A stretch of DNA of 64,000 nucleotides. It comes from Nitrospina sp. GTDB taxonomy: Bacteria; Nitrospinota; Nitrospinia; Nitrospinales; VA-1. Numbering within the stretch: position 1 is the first letter of the stretch; each line of letters opens with the position of its first letter. Of the stretch, positions 10,069 to 20,120 are shown piece by piece. The stretch covers positions 2,240 to 66,239 of the forward strand of contig JABIAY010000060.1 in the NCBI GenBank assembly GCA_018653085.1, written 5' to 3'. Under the pieces are notes generated by a model that was given only the letters and a program-made list of their open reading frames with translations, was not told the origin of the DNA and did no database searches. Both the position numbers and the translations under genes were made by a program.

Positions 10069-10806
10069 ATGAATAAGATCATTTTGTGGGCTCTCATTAT
10101 CTGCCTTGTTCCATTCACGGCATTTGCCGAAGGCATCACGAAAGAGCAGGGCGATGCCATCCTGAAAGAATTGAAAGCCATCCGCCAGGAGTTGAACCAG
10201 ATCAAGAAGAGGGGATTGGCTCCCCAGGGCAGGGGAAGACCTGCAAGGCCCACCACGGCCAGTGTTGCTACTCTTGGCAATCCCATTCTCGGGGACTTGA
10301 AAGCTCCGGTCACGATTGTGGAGTTTACCGACTACCAATGTCCGTTCTGCAGAAAGTTTTATGTCGGGGCATACAAAGAGTTGAAGAAGCAATATATCGA
10401 TACGGGTAAACTGCGTTTTGTTTTACGCGACCTGCCACTCGGATTTCATAAAGACGCCAAACCCGCCGCCATCTCTGCCCACTGCGCTGGTGAGCAGGAT
10501 AAGTTCTGGCAGATGCACGATGCTCTGTTTGCTGAGAAAGGAAAGTTAGGGAAGAATGATATTCTCGGTCACGCAAAAACGATAGGACTGGAAAATAATG
10601 CCTTCAAATCCTGTTTGACCTCCGGTCGATACGATGAAGGAATCGCACAGGATATCAAAGATGCCAATAAAGCCGGTATCACCGGCACACCGGGGTTTGT
10701 GGTGGGTCGCACTACAGACAATATCGTGAAGGGAGCCCTCATCAGCGGTGCCCGACCGTTCAACGCTTTCAAAGCTGAAATAGATAAGCTGCTTCTTCAG
10801 AAATAG
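10069..10806 (+). CDS. DsbA-family thiol-disulfide oxidoreductase
   Basis: Signal peptide, EFTDYQCPFC, GITGTP cis-Pro loop; GGAGG RBS. Confidence 0.9.
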   Translation: MNKIILWALIICLVPFTAFAEGITKEQGDAILKELKAIRQELNQIKKRGLAPQGRGRPARPTTASVATLGNPILGDLKAPVTIVEFTDYQCPFCRKFYVGAYKELKKQYIDTGKLRFVLRDLPLGFHKDAKPAAISAHCAGEQDKFWQMHDALFAEKGKLGKNDILGHAKTIGLENNAFKSCLTSGRYDEGIAQDIKDANKAGITGTPGFVVGRTTDNIVKGALISGARPFNAFKAEIDKLLLQK

Positions 10807-10826
10807 TACCCTCAGTCCCCGCTGAT

Positions 10827-10927
10827 CGTCATCGCGAGCCACTGAAAGTGGCGTGGCGATCCAGTCTCTCTGGATTGCTTCACTTCGTTCGCAATGACGA
10901 CTTATACAAAGCTCTCCTTGTCAGGGG
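10827..10927. repeat. CGTC-type REP/MITE-like repeat, copy 2
   Basis: CGTCATCGCGA...TCGCAATGACG terminal inverted ends; matches 4904-5004. Confidence 0.85.
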
Positions 10928-10938
10928 AAAGCCCTTTA

Positions 10939-11002
10939 TTAAGCCGAGATGACTCTTCGCTTGCCAAATAAAGCGACGGCATACTGGCCCCAGGCCTAGT
11001 GG
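10939..11002. repeat. repeat family A copy
   Basis: TTAAGCCGAGATGACTC...ACTGGCCCCAGGCCTAGTGG abutting the accD stop. Confidence 0.75.
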
Positions 11003-11905
11003 TTAGGCTCCGAGGAGTTCGGGGGGTTTGGTGAGTGTGGGTTCTGCTGTTTCAGGTTCTCGGGAAGGACTGTTTTTCAGTATATGGAGTAGCTGGGCGA
11101 TGGCGGATTTCAAATCTTTTCGGTGAACTACGTTATCGATGAGTCCGTGGTCCAATAAAAATTCCGCTGTCTGGAATCCTTCAGGAAGTTTCTGTTTAAT
11201 GACTTGCTCGATAACACGTGGACCGGCAAACCCAATCAAGGCCCCTGGTTCGGCGAGGATGATATCCCCCAACATGGAAAAACTTGCAGAGACGCCGCCC
11301 ATGGTCGGGTCTGTCAAGACGGATACGTAAGGGACTTTCATTTCACTCAGTTTGCTGAGTGCCGACGATGTTTTAGCCATTTGCATGAGAGAAAAAATGC
11401 CCTCCTGCATACGTGCGCCGCCGGAACAGCTTATGATGACCAGGGCCGACTTGTTATCCATGGCGCGTTCGATAGCACGGGTGATTTTCTCTCCCACAAC
11501 CGAGCCCATGCTTCCACCCATAAAACTGAAATCGAAAACACAAAGCTCAACAGGCAGACCTTCTATCAACCCGGAACCGGTGACCACCGCATCGTTAGAA
11601 GTGCTTTTTTTGACAGAGGATTTGATCCGGTCTTTATACTTCTTTGTGTCCTTGAACTTTAAGGGATCTGAGGATGTCAGGTGCTGGTCGTACTCTTTAA
11701 AACTATCCTGATCCATGAGTTGATGGATCCTTTGCCGGGCCGCCAGACGGAAATGGTGATCGCAGTGGGGGCAGACCTTCAGGTTGGCTTCCAGTTCGGC
11801 AATATAAATCTGTTCGTTGCATTTTTTGCATCCGACCCAGAGATCTTCATCCTTGGCGGTTTTTTTTCCGCCGATACCGGCCTTAAGTTTATCTATCCAT
11901 GACAT
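11003..11905 (-). CDS. accD: acetyl-CoA carboxylase carboxyltransferase beta subunit
   Basis: CKKC/CPHC zinc finger, FMGGSMGSVVGEK, SGGARMQEG, GFAGPRVIEQ. Confidence 0.97.
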   Translation of the reverse strand: MSWIDKLKAGIGGKKTAKDEDLWVGCKKCNEQIYIAELEANLKVCPHCDHHFRLAARQRIHQLMDQDSFKEYDQHLTSSDPLKFKDTKKYKDRIKSSVKKSTSNDAVVTGSGLIEGLPVELCVFDFSFMGGSMGSVVGEKITRAIERAMDNKSALVIISCSGGARMQEGIFSLMQMAKTSSALSKLSEMKVPYVSVLTDPTMGGVSASFSMLGDIILAEPGALIGFAGPRVIEQVIKQKLPEGFQTAEFLLDHGLIDNVVHRKDLKSAIAQLLHILKNSPSREPETAEPTLTKPPELLGA

Positions 11906-11948
11906 CTATAAAACTCTCCAAGTCCTTGGTGGGGGATGTAAACCGTTA

Positions 11949-12695
11949 TTAGTCGGTCTTATGCTCAGTGGTTACAGGGGATGTTTCTTCGGCCTCCAGT
12001 TTTTTATTTTTCAACAACAAACTGATCGGTCCGATGACGGCATAGGTGGTGCCAAGAATAAACAACGCAACCCGCGGTATTGTTGCCAGAACATAAATGA
12101 ATAAAATCACAAACAGGAAACGGGAAAATACCACCCGTTTTTTAAAGTCAAACTGTTTGAAGGCCGGGTACTTGATATTGCTGACCATGAGGAAGGCCAG
12201 GGCATAAACCACCAGTACCATTATGAAAGGATTTATACGTGTGGCAAACAAGTCTTCAAAGGCGATCACGATGGATGCGATTACAGCCGCTGATGCGGGA
12301 CTCGGCAGACCGGTAAAATGTTTGCTACGAGTCTCTGGCTTACTCACATTGAACCGGGCCAGTCTGAGGGCGGCGCAAAGTAGAAACAGGAAAGCGGCCA
12401 TCCACCCCAACCGGCCAAATGGTTTTAATACCCATGAGTAAGCCAGGAAGGCAGGGGCCATGCCAAAGGTGATGATGTCTGCCAGCGAATCGTATTGTTC
12501 GCCAAATGCGCTGGTGGTTTTGGTCAACCTGGCTATGCGGCCATCGAGTCCATCAAAAACCATTCCTGCTACAATGGCCCAGGCGGCAAAATAAAATTGT
12601 TCATTCAGTACCGCGACAAACGCGTAGAAACCACAGAAAACATTTCCTGTGGTGAACAAACTGGGAAGGATGTGAATGCCTTTGCTACGTTGCAT
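11949..12695 (-). CDS. pssA: CDP-diacylglycerol--serine O-phosphatidyltransferase
   Basis: DGLDGRIARLT...FGEQYDSLAD, ALRLARFN; adjacent to psd. Confidence 0.93.
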   Translation of the reverse strand: MQRSKGIHILPSLFTTGNVFCGFYAFVAVLNEQFYFAAWAIVAGMVFDGLDGRIARLTKTTSAFGEQYDSLADIITFGMAPAFLAYSWVLKPFGRLGWMAAFLFLLCAALRLARFNVSKPETRSKHFTGLPSPASAAVIASIVIAFEDLFATRINPFIMVLVVYALAFLMVSNIKYPAFKQFDFKKRVVFSRFLFVILFIYVLATIPRVALFILGTTYAVIGPISLLLKNKKLEAEETSPVTTEHKTD

Positions 12696-12844
12696 GGATT
12701 TTTATGCGGCCTCTACTTATTCGTAAATTTTTCTAAGTCCGCCACTAGGTATGGGCCAACTGGAAATTGTTCCTCAAGCCGAGAGCACTGTTGCCAGCGG
12801 TAAAAGCTATTGCGAACTACCAGCGGAGGTTCTCCGCCGCCGGT

Positions 12845-13474
12845 TTACCTTAGATAGCCAATGATGGAGCTTCCTCCGTGGACAATATCGCCAATCGCGA
12901 CCTTTATGTCTGTCCCCTCAGGTAGAAAAACATCCATTCGTGAACCGAACCGGATCAAGCCATAGCGTTGTCCGCGTTGATACTCATCGCCTTCCTTTGC
13001 CCAACAAACGATTCTTCGGGCGATCAAACCGGCGATCTGCTTCACTAAAATTGTAACACGGCCATTATTCAGGAGGATAGCGCTTTGTTCGTTATCCAGT
13101 GAAGCTTTGTGGCTGGCCGCGTTGAGAAATTTTCCCGGATTATAACGGGTGGCCTGTATTCTTCCGGCGATGGGTACCCGGTTCACATGAACGTTGAAGA
13201 CATTAAGAAAAATACTGACCCGTGTATAGGCCTCATCCAGCAAGGGGTCTTTTTCCTGAATAATCTCTACGACCTTGCCATCCCCCGGGGAGACGATGGC
13301 GTTAGGGTCTTCGGGAATGTTTCTTTCCGGGTCCCGGAAAAACCAGGTGACAAAAAGAAACAGTCCACCAAAAAGGCCAACGGCCCATAACCAGGACAAA
13401 GTCCAAAAAATTCCCGTTAAAACAGCAAGGGGCAGGATGAAAATATACCCCTCTTTAGCAATTGGAATGCGCAT
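12845..13474 (-). CDS. psd: phosphatidylserine decarboxylase (short type)
   Basis: FFRDPER, HVNRVP, QIAGLIARRI, IRFGSR autocleavage motif. Confidence 0.93.
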   Translation of the reverse strand: MRIPIAKEGYIFILPLAVLTGIFWTLSWLWAVGLFGGLFLFVTWFFRDPERNIPEDPNAIVSPGDGKVVEIIQEKDPLLDEAYTRVSIFLNVFNVHVNRVPIAGRIQATRYNPGKFLNAASHKASLDNEQSAILLNNGRVTILVKQIAGLIARRIVCWAKEGDEYQRGQRYGLIRFGSRMDVFLPEGTDIKVAIGDIVHGGSSIIGYLR

Positions 13475-13480
13475 AGAATT

Positions 13481-14482
13481 TTACTGCACCTTCTTGCCAA
13501 CGAAGGGCATCATTTTCCTGAGCTTTTCTCCAACAATTTCGATAGGGTGTTCTTTATCCTGTGCCAGTCTGGCATTAAACATCGGGCGGTTGGCCATGTT
13601 TTCCAGAATAAATTCTTTGGCGAAACTTCCGCTTTGGATCTCGGCAAGAATCCGTTTCATTTCCGCACGGGTTTCCTGGGTGATGACGCGGGGTCCGCGA
13701 GTTACATCGCCGTAGGCCGCAGTGGTGCTTATGGAATAACGCATATTGCTGATGCCGCCTTCATAAATGAGGTCAACAATCAATTTGACTTCGTGAAGGC
13801 ACTCAAAATAAGCCAGATCCGGACTGTACCCTGCGTCTACCAGAGTATCGAATCCGGCACGGATTAATTCGCTGACTCCTCCGCACAATACAGCTTGTTC
13901 GCCAAACAGGTCGGTTTCGGTTTCTTCTCTGAAATCGGTTTCCAAAACACCTGCGCGGGTTCCGCCAATGCCCTTGGCATAGGCCAAGGCTATCTGCTTC
14001 GCCTTTTTTGTGACGTTCTGGTGTATTGCCATCAAACAAGGAACGCCTGCACCCTGCTCATAGGTTCTCCTGACCAGGTGCCCCGGACCTTTAGGGGCGA
14101 CCATGAAAACATCCACATCTTTCGGCGGGACAATTTGGCCGAAATGAATATTGAACCCATGCCCAAAGGCCAGGGCCATGCCTTTCGACAAATGAGGCTC
14201 GATATCTTTTTCATACATGGCCCTTTGTTTGTCATCGGGAACCAGGATCATCATGATGTCGGCTTTTTTTGTAGCTTCAGGAACGGTCATGACGTTCAGA
14301 CCATCCTTTTGAGCCCTTTTCCAGAAAGCACTCCCTTTTCTAAGGCCAACGATAACCTTTAATCCACTGTCGTGGAGGTTTCTGGCATGAGCGTGCCCCT
14401 GACTGCCGTAACCAACAATGGCAATAGTTTTTTTCTTTAAGATTTTGATATCCGCGTCTTTGTTATAATAAAGCTTCGACAA
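13481..14482 (-). CDS. ilvC: ketol-acid reductoisomerase
   Basis: [39 protein letters not shown]; TTG start with GGAG RBS. Confidence 0.97.
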   Translation of the reverse strand: MSKLYYNKDADIKILKKKTIAIVGYGSQGHAHARNLHDSGLKVIVGLRKGSAFWKRAQKDGLNVMTVPEATKKADIMMILVPDDKQRAMYEKDIEPHLSKGMALAFGHGFNIHFGQIVPPKDVDVFMVAPKGPGHLVRRTYEQGAGVPCLMAIHQNVTKKAKQIALAYAKGIGGTRAGVLETDFREETETDLFGEQAVLCGGVSELIRAGFDTLVDAGYSPDLAYFECLHEVKLIVDLIYEGGISNMRYSISTTAAYGDVTRGPRVITQETRAEMKRILAEIQSGSFAKEFILENMANRPMFNARLAQDKEHPIEIVGEKLRKMMPFVGKKVQ

Positions 14483-14512
14483 AATGGTTCTCCTTATCTT
14501 CTTTGTGTGATT

Positions 14513-15001
14513 TTAGTGGATTGATTTATTTCCGCGACCGATAGCGATTCTTCCGGACCGGACGATTTCTTTTATTCCCAAAGGGCTCAACAGTTCTAAA
14601 AAGCCGGTTACTTTTCCCTCGTCACCGGTGATTTCAATTGTATAGGCACTGGAGCTCACATCGACAACCTTTGCTCGAAACAGGTCCACGATTCTTAGAA
14701 TTTCTTCTCGGACTCTGACCTCAGCGTTCATCTTGACTAGCAATAGTTCCCGATCGACAAATTTTTCTTCGGTCAGGTCAATGACTTTGATAACATCGAC
14801 CAGTTTGTTGAGTTGTTTGGTGATCTGCTCAATTTTAGCGTTGTCACCACGAGTGACTATGGTCATGTGAGAAACTTGCGGGTCGGATGTTTCGGCGACA
14901 TTCAGGCTTTCAATATTGAATCCACGACTACTGAAAAGACCTGATACGCGGGACAAAACACCGAACCGATTGTTCATCACTATAGAAATGGTATGCTGCA
15001 T
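14513..15001 (-). CDS. ilvH: acetolactate synthase small subunit
   Basis: NxxGVLSRVSGLFSSRGFNIESL ACT domain, EQITKQLNKL. Confidence 0.95.
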   Translation of the reverse strand: MQHTISIVMNNRFGVLSRVSGLFSSRGFNIESLNVAETSDPQVSHMTIVTRGDNAKIEQITKQLNKLVDVIKVIDLTEEKFVDRELLLVKMNAEVRVREEILRIVDLFRAKVVDVSSSAYTIEITGDEGKVTGFLELLSPLGIKEIVRSGRIAIGRGNKSIH

Positions 15002-15131
15002 TTTCCTGGAATCCAGTTTAAGGTTCACCCCAAACCTGTTTTGGGGGTAGTTTTTTTTAAACCTCTTATACTAGCAAAATCAAAGCTTTTTTACTAATAA
15101 GAATTGTTTTCCGCAGTATAAACAGAGAGAG

Positions 15132-15794
15132 ATGACCATGCGGGAGAAATTTCATATCAGTCAGGCTCTTGCCAGGGTGAAAAAGGCTATCCGTTCATTT
15201 CCGACTCCCAGCGTGACTGTCATCAGCCGACAGAACGATCCTTTTGCCGTCCTGGTCAGTTGCATCATCAGCCTTAGAACCCGGGATGAGGTCACACAAA
15301 CAGCCTCATCCCGATTATTTAAACTGGCAAAAAATCCGCAGGAACTGCTGAAACTTTCGCCAGCAAAAATAGAAAAAGCCATTTATCCTGCGGCATTTTT
15401 CCGCAACAAAACCAAGTCGCTGAAAGAATTATGTCAAAGTCTGGTAGATAATTATGACGGGCAGGTTCCTGATAAACTGGATGAGTTGCTTAAGTTGAAG
15501 GGGGTAGGGCGCAAAACCGCCAACCTGACTTTAATTCTGGGGCATGACAAGCCCGGAATCTGTGTGGATATCCATGTCCACCGTATTTCCAATCGCTGGG
15601 GATATGTGAAAACCAAGTCTCCTGATGAAACCGAAATGGTGCTGAGGGATAAACTGCCCAGGAGGTACTGGAAGGGATATAACGACTTGCTCGTTACGTT
15701 CGGGCAAAATATCTGTAAACCCGTCTCGCCGTTTTGCGGCTCCTGTACCCTCGCAGAAACCTGCCCCAAAACTGGAATAACGAAACACCGCTAG
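15132..15794 (+). CDS. nth: endonuclease III (HhH-GPD, Fe-S)
   Basis: LKGVGRKTANL, VDIHVHR, CKPVSPFCGSCTLAETC. Confidence 0.93.
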   Translation: MTMREKFHISQALARVKKAIRSFPTPSVTVISRQNDPFAVLVSCIISLRTRDEVTQTASSRLFKLAKNPQELLKLSPAKIEKAIYPAAFFRNKTKSLKELCQSLVDNYDGQVPDKLDELLKLKGVGRKTANLTLILGHDKPGICVDIHVHRISNRWGYVKTKSPDETEMVLRDKLPRRYWKGYNDLLVTFGQNICKPVSPFCGSCTLAETCPKTGITKHR

Positions 15795-15983
15795 CGTGGA
15801 TACTGCATGAAAAATTAAAGAGGAGATGGATTTCATCCATATCGATTCCCCCTCATCCTAGCCTTCTCCCTCCAGGGGAGAAGGAACTTTTTGCTTCCTC
15901 TCCCTTATCAGGGGGAAGAGTGTCACAGTATTGCGCTTGAGTGTTCAGCCTGCTTTATGGGTAATGCAGTACTGGCCCTACGC

Positions 15984-16700
15984 CTAGTAGACGGTTTTTT
16001 TCTGTAGGGCGATGAGTTCTTTGATGCCTTTGTCGGCGAGTTTGAGCAGGCCGGCTAATTGTTTATCATCGAAGGGTTCCTGTTCGGCGGTTCCCTGGAC
16101 TTCAACGTATCCGCCGGAACCGGTTTTGACAATATTGAGATCGACATCGGCTGTGGAGTCTTCGCTGTAATCCAGATCAAGCATCTTTTTCCCGCTGACA
16201 ATCCCTACGCTGATGGCGGCGACATAATCTTTGATCGGTAATTCGTCGATCAACTTTTCCTTTTTCAATTTCTTCAATGCCAGGACCGTTGCCATGAAGG
16301 CTCCTGTAATGGAAGCGCAACGGGTACCGCCATCTGCCTGAATGACGTCACAGTCGAGCCAGATAGTACGCTCTCCCAGTTTTTTCAGGTCAATAACCGT
16401 ACGCAGTGAACGACCGATGAGCCTTTGGATTTCCTGAGTTCTTCCCGAAAGCTTGCCCCGGGAAGCCTCGCGGGGACTTCGGGTGTTGGTGGATGAGGGG
16501 AGCATGGAATACTCTGCCGTTACCCATCCGCTACTTTTCCCCCGCAGGAAGGAAGGGACTTTTTCCTCTACTGTGGCCGCACAAATGACTTTGGTATTTC
16601 CCATCTGAATGAGAACAGAACCCGCCGGATGCATGGTGTAGTTTTTGGTAACTTTGATTTTTCGACATTCGTTTGAGGAGCGGCCTTGATCTCTGGACAT
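15984..16700 (-). CDS. rph: ribonuclease PH
   Basis: [38 protein letters not shown]. Confidence 0.97.
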   Translation of the reverse strand: MSRDQGRSSNECRKIKVTKNYTMHPAGSVLIQMGNTKVICAATVEEKVPSFLRGKSSGWVTAEYSMLPSSTNTRSPREASRGKLSGRTQEIQRLIGRSLRTVIDLKKLGERTIWLDCDVIQADGGTRCASITGAFMATVLALKKLKKEKLIDELPIKDYVAAISVGIVSGKKMLDLDYSEDSTADVDLNIVKTGSGGYVEVQGTAEQEPFDDKQLAGLLKLADKGIKELIALQKKTVY

Positions 16701-16986
16701 GTTACCTCTAATAAAAAGGGACGTTGAAATTCGGAGAAATTCCGAAAATGGGAAAACGCAAAAACAAATAAACTAACAGTTATAAATCTAATTTTCAACT
16801 GCTGTAATGACAGCCGCTGTTGATCCGCAACCGCTTATAGACAAGCATCCAGCATAAATTGCGGGGAGGGATACAGGGTTTTCATCAAGCATTTCCTTCG
16901 GTACTGGGTTGTAACTTGTTCTATTATTTGATACTATTCAAATCATTCCAGACTTTTAAATTTATTCATTTTTTTTTCGTAATCCA

Positions 16987-18984
16987 ATGGACTCCTACTT
17001 TGAAAAAGGAATCAGGCTTAAAGGCACTCTGTGGGTGAAGGGTTCGGTTCACTTTGATGGGGAGTTTGAGGGAGAAATCTACTCATCCAACCACTTTATT
17101 GTTGGTGCATCGGGCAAGGTGCTGGGCAACATAAAAACTCATGATGTGACCAATATGGGTTTTGTTCAGGGGAACCTGTTTGCAGAGCGCAAGGTAGCCC
17201 TGACAAACGACAGCCGATTGGTGGGAGATATAGCCACCTATCATTTGGTCGTTGACGAGGGTTCCAACTTCGAGGGCCGCTGTAAGATGGTCGATGAGCC
17301 GCCCAAAAGTGTCAAGGAGGAAATGGAAACCCTTGAACGACCTGTTCCCAAAACAGCGAAAGTGTCCAAAGCTCCAGGATCATCCCCTGCTGAAGGTAAG
17401 CCTTCTTCACAATGGGGAAAAGTCGCGGGAATAGCGGCCATTGTTCTGATGATTGCCGGGGTGATCTGGTTTTATCCGAGTGAGGAGGATGAACTGGGAT
17501 CCTTGATCGAAAAGGGTTACAAGCTGGTTAATGAAAAACGTTATTCCGATGCGGAATCTATTTTCAAAAAAGCCCTGACCGTTTCCAGAGTCGAACCCAG
17601 GGTTTATGCGGGACTTGGGGATATTTATTTCGAGGACAAACGTTTTAATGATTCGCTGGCTCAGTTTCAGAGAGCCATTGATTTGAATCCTGCCAATGTG
17701 GAGTACCGGATCAAGCAGGCAAAATCCTATTCCTCCAAAGGGCAATTGAAGGAGGCGATAGCGTCCTACACGCAGGCACTGGAAATTGACCCAAAGAGGG
17801 GATCAACTTTCTATGACTTGGGCCTTTTGTATCTGGAGCAGGAGGAATTAGACAAAGCCCGTGAAGCACTCGAAATGAGTGTGAGTCTGGATATGGATTC
17901 TTTTGAATCTCATGAAGCATTAAGTCTTCTTTATTCACACGAAAAAAAATCTGATGAAGCCATTGCAGAAATCAACGAAGCGATAAAACTTGAAAATAAA
18001 GAACCTAGATTACACTTAACTTTAGGAAAACTTCTTCTGGAAAGTGGTAAGGAAGACGATGCGGTAGAGGCTTTCAAAAAGGCGACAAACCTGTTTCCAG
18101 AAAACTTCTCGGCCCAAATCCGTCTTGCCGACTGGTATTACATTAAAGGAATGCTTGAGAAGTCTCTAGAGACTTACAAGGTTGCGGAAACCCTTGACTC
18201 TGATAACCCCGTGGTTCAGGCACGGTTAGGAAAAATTTATGCAGGTAAAAAACAAAATAATAAAGCTCAGGTGGCACTGGAAAAAGCCATCCAGCTAAAT
18301 CCCAAAGACGCGGAAAGCCATTATCAATTGGGGAAACTGGTCTCTGGTGAAGGGAAATGGGAGCGTGCCCAATCTTTATTGTCCAATGCCATTGCCCTGG
18401 ATGCCAGGCATGGGGATTCCTATTATGAATTAGGTGTTGTGTTGCTGGGAAGAGGTAATGTGGACCTGGCCAGGGGTAACTTCAAAAAAGCTTTAGATTT
18501 GGAGCCCAAAAATTCGGATTATATTATGGGATTGGCGATGGTATTGGTTGAGAAAAAGGAGCTGGATAAGGCATTGGAAATGCTCCTTCCTGTTTCCAAA
18601 AAGGAGACAAATAATTCTAAGCTCTTTATTGCAATCTGCAAGGTTTATACGAAGAAGGGTTATTTTACAGCCGCCACAGGATATTGTGAAACAGCCTTAG
18701 GTTTGAACGCCGGTAACTATGAGGCCATGAATCGACTGGCTTGGTTATACGCGAAAAAAGGCGTTAAACTTCAGAAGGCACTCGAGCTTTCTGGCAAGAC
18801 CCTTAGAAGCTTTCCAAAGCAGCCCGAATACATTGATACACTTTCGGAAATTTTTTATGTTCAGGGGGAAACTGAAAAGGCGGCAGAAAAAATTCAAGAA
18901 GCCATTAAGCTGGTGCCCAACAACCCTTACTACAAACAACAATTGTGGAAGTTCAAGAATGTAAAGCCGAAACCCCCTGCCTGA
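16987..18984 (+). CDS. bactofilin domain-TM-multi-TPR protein
   Basis: N-terminal bactofilin signature (DGEFEGEI..GKVLGNI..VGDI..VDEGSNFEG), one TM helix, more than ten TPR motifs. Confidence 0.85.
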   Translation: MDSYFEKGIRLKGTLWVKGSVHFDGEFEGEIYSSNHFIVGASGKVLGNIKTHDVTNMGFVQGNLFAERKVALTNDSRLVGDIATYHLVVDEGSNFEGRCKMVDEPPKSVKEEMETLERPVPKTAKVSKAPGSSPAEGKPSSQWGKVAGIAAIVLMIAGVIWFYPSEEDELGSLIEKGYKLVNEKRYSDAESIFKKALTVSRVEPRVYAGLGDIYFEDKRFNDSLAQFQRAIDLNPANVEYRIKQAKSYSSKGQLKEAIASYTQALEIDPKRGSTFYDLGLLYLEQEELDKAREALEMSVSLDMDSFESHEALSLLYSHEKKSDEAIAEINEAIKLENKEPRLHLTLGKLLLESGKEDDAVEAFKKATNLFPENFSAQIRLADWYYIKGMLEKSLETYKVAETLDSDNPVVQARLGKIYAGKKQNNKAQVALEKAIQLNPKDAESHYQLGKLVSGEGKWERAQSLLSNAIALDARHGDSYYELGVVLLGRGNVDLARGNFKKALDLEPKNSDYIMGLAMVLVEKKELDKALEMLLPVSKKETNNSKLFIAICKVYTKKGYFTAATGYCETALGLNAGNYEAMNRLAWLYAKKGVKLQKALELSGKTLRSFPKQPEYIDTLSEIFYVQGETEKAAEKIQEAIKLVPNNPYYKQQLWKFKNVKPKPPA

Positions 18985-18992
18985 TATTTTAT

Positions 18993-19934
18993 TTACAGGC
19001 TCCCTGTTCCTTTCAACCCTATATAAACACAATAAGCCAAAAGCAATACTCCCCCCTTCAGTTTTCCCAGAGAATGATTCCCATATCTGATCATTCCCAA
19101 CAATAATCCTGTGATAGCGGTGGCAATAAGCAAGTCGGGGTGGATGGGTTCTTGAATCTGTAAAGGGTGAATGGTTGCGGTGAGGCCCAGAACCATCAGG
19201 ATGTTGAAGATATTGCTTCCAAAAATATTCCCGATTGCCATTTCTCCGTGACCCCGTTTTGCGGCGATGATGGAGGAAACGATTTCCGGTAGGCTGGTTC
19301 CCACAGCAACGATGCTAATGCCTATGAACCATTCACTAATTCCCAGGTAGCGGGCAATGCTCACGCCTCCTGCAACCAGAAGTTTGGCTCCTCCAATCAA
19401 TAGAGCAAGCCCTACGATGACCAGCAATATTTGAAGGGAGGAATTTTTCCCTGCAAAAAGAGGGACCTCATCTTCCAGTTCTTCGGCAAAATCCTCCTTA
19501 TGGCTGAATGACCGCCATATGTAGAGACCCAGGAGACAAACCATTAAAAATCCTTCATAACGATTGATCTCCAGGTCCCAGGCGATCACCACGATGAGAA
19601 AGGAAACAAATATCAGTGGAGGAGATTCCCGCTTGAGACGTTCGGGAGCAATGGATATGACTGCAATGCAACCGGTCAAACCAAGAACGAGTCCAATGTT
19701 GGCGATATTACTACCGATGACATTGCCCATAGCCAGCTCTGGACTACCCTTTAAGGCGGCGAGAAGGGCAACAGCCAGTTCCGGTGCGGAGGTGCCAAAT
19801 GCGATGACTGTGGCACCAATTACAAAGGGACTGATTTTCAGTGCACGGGCAAGGCGAACACTGCCGGTTACAAGAAAGTTTCCGCCGTAATATAAAAGTG
19901 CCAGTCCGGCAATGATTTGTACAAGATCGAGCAA
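18993..19934 (-). CDS. calcium/sodium antiporter (YrbG/CaCA family)
   Basis: Two alpha repeats: GTSAPE..GNVIGSN and GTSLPE..GNIFGSN. Confidence 0.92.
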   Translation of the reverse strand: MLDLVQIIAGLALLYYGGNFLVTGSVRLARALKISPFVIGATVIAFGTSAPELAVALLAALKGSPELAMGNVIGSNIANIGLVLGLTGCIAVISIAPERLKRESPPLIFVSFLIVVIAWDLEINRYEGFLMVCLLGLYIWRSFSHKEDFAEELEDEVPLFAGKNSSLQILLVIVGLALLIGGAKLLVAGGVSIARYLGISEWFIGISIVAVGTSLPEIVSSIIAAKRGHGEMAIGNIFGSNIFNILMVLGLTATIHPLQIQEPIHPDLLIATAITGLLLGMIRYGNHSLGKLKGGVLLLAYCVYIGLKGTGSL

Positions 19935-20120
19935 TTTAAACCTTAGCTAAAAACATGACCCACTACCGTGGGAGGCAATATGGCAAGAACTTCTCTAGCT
20001 GTCAATATTTCTTGCTAGCCCCTTAGCAGGGGAGGGAACTGGGCAAGTGCTTGATTGCGCCGAGACAACTCCTGGCTTGCCAGAAAAAGCGATGGCACAC
20101 TGGCCCCACGCCCGGTGGGG

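Noticed and set aside
16701-16986. Possible ncRNA or riboswitch in the rph/bactofilin intergenic region
   Set aside because: No recognisable family motif or convincing structure by eye; an Rfam scan would be needed
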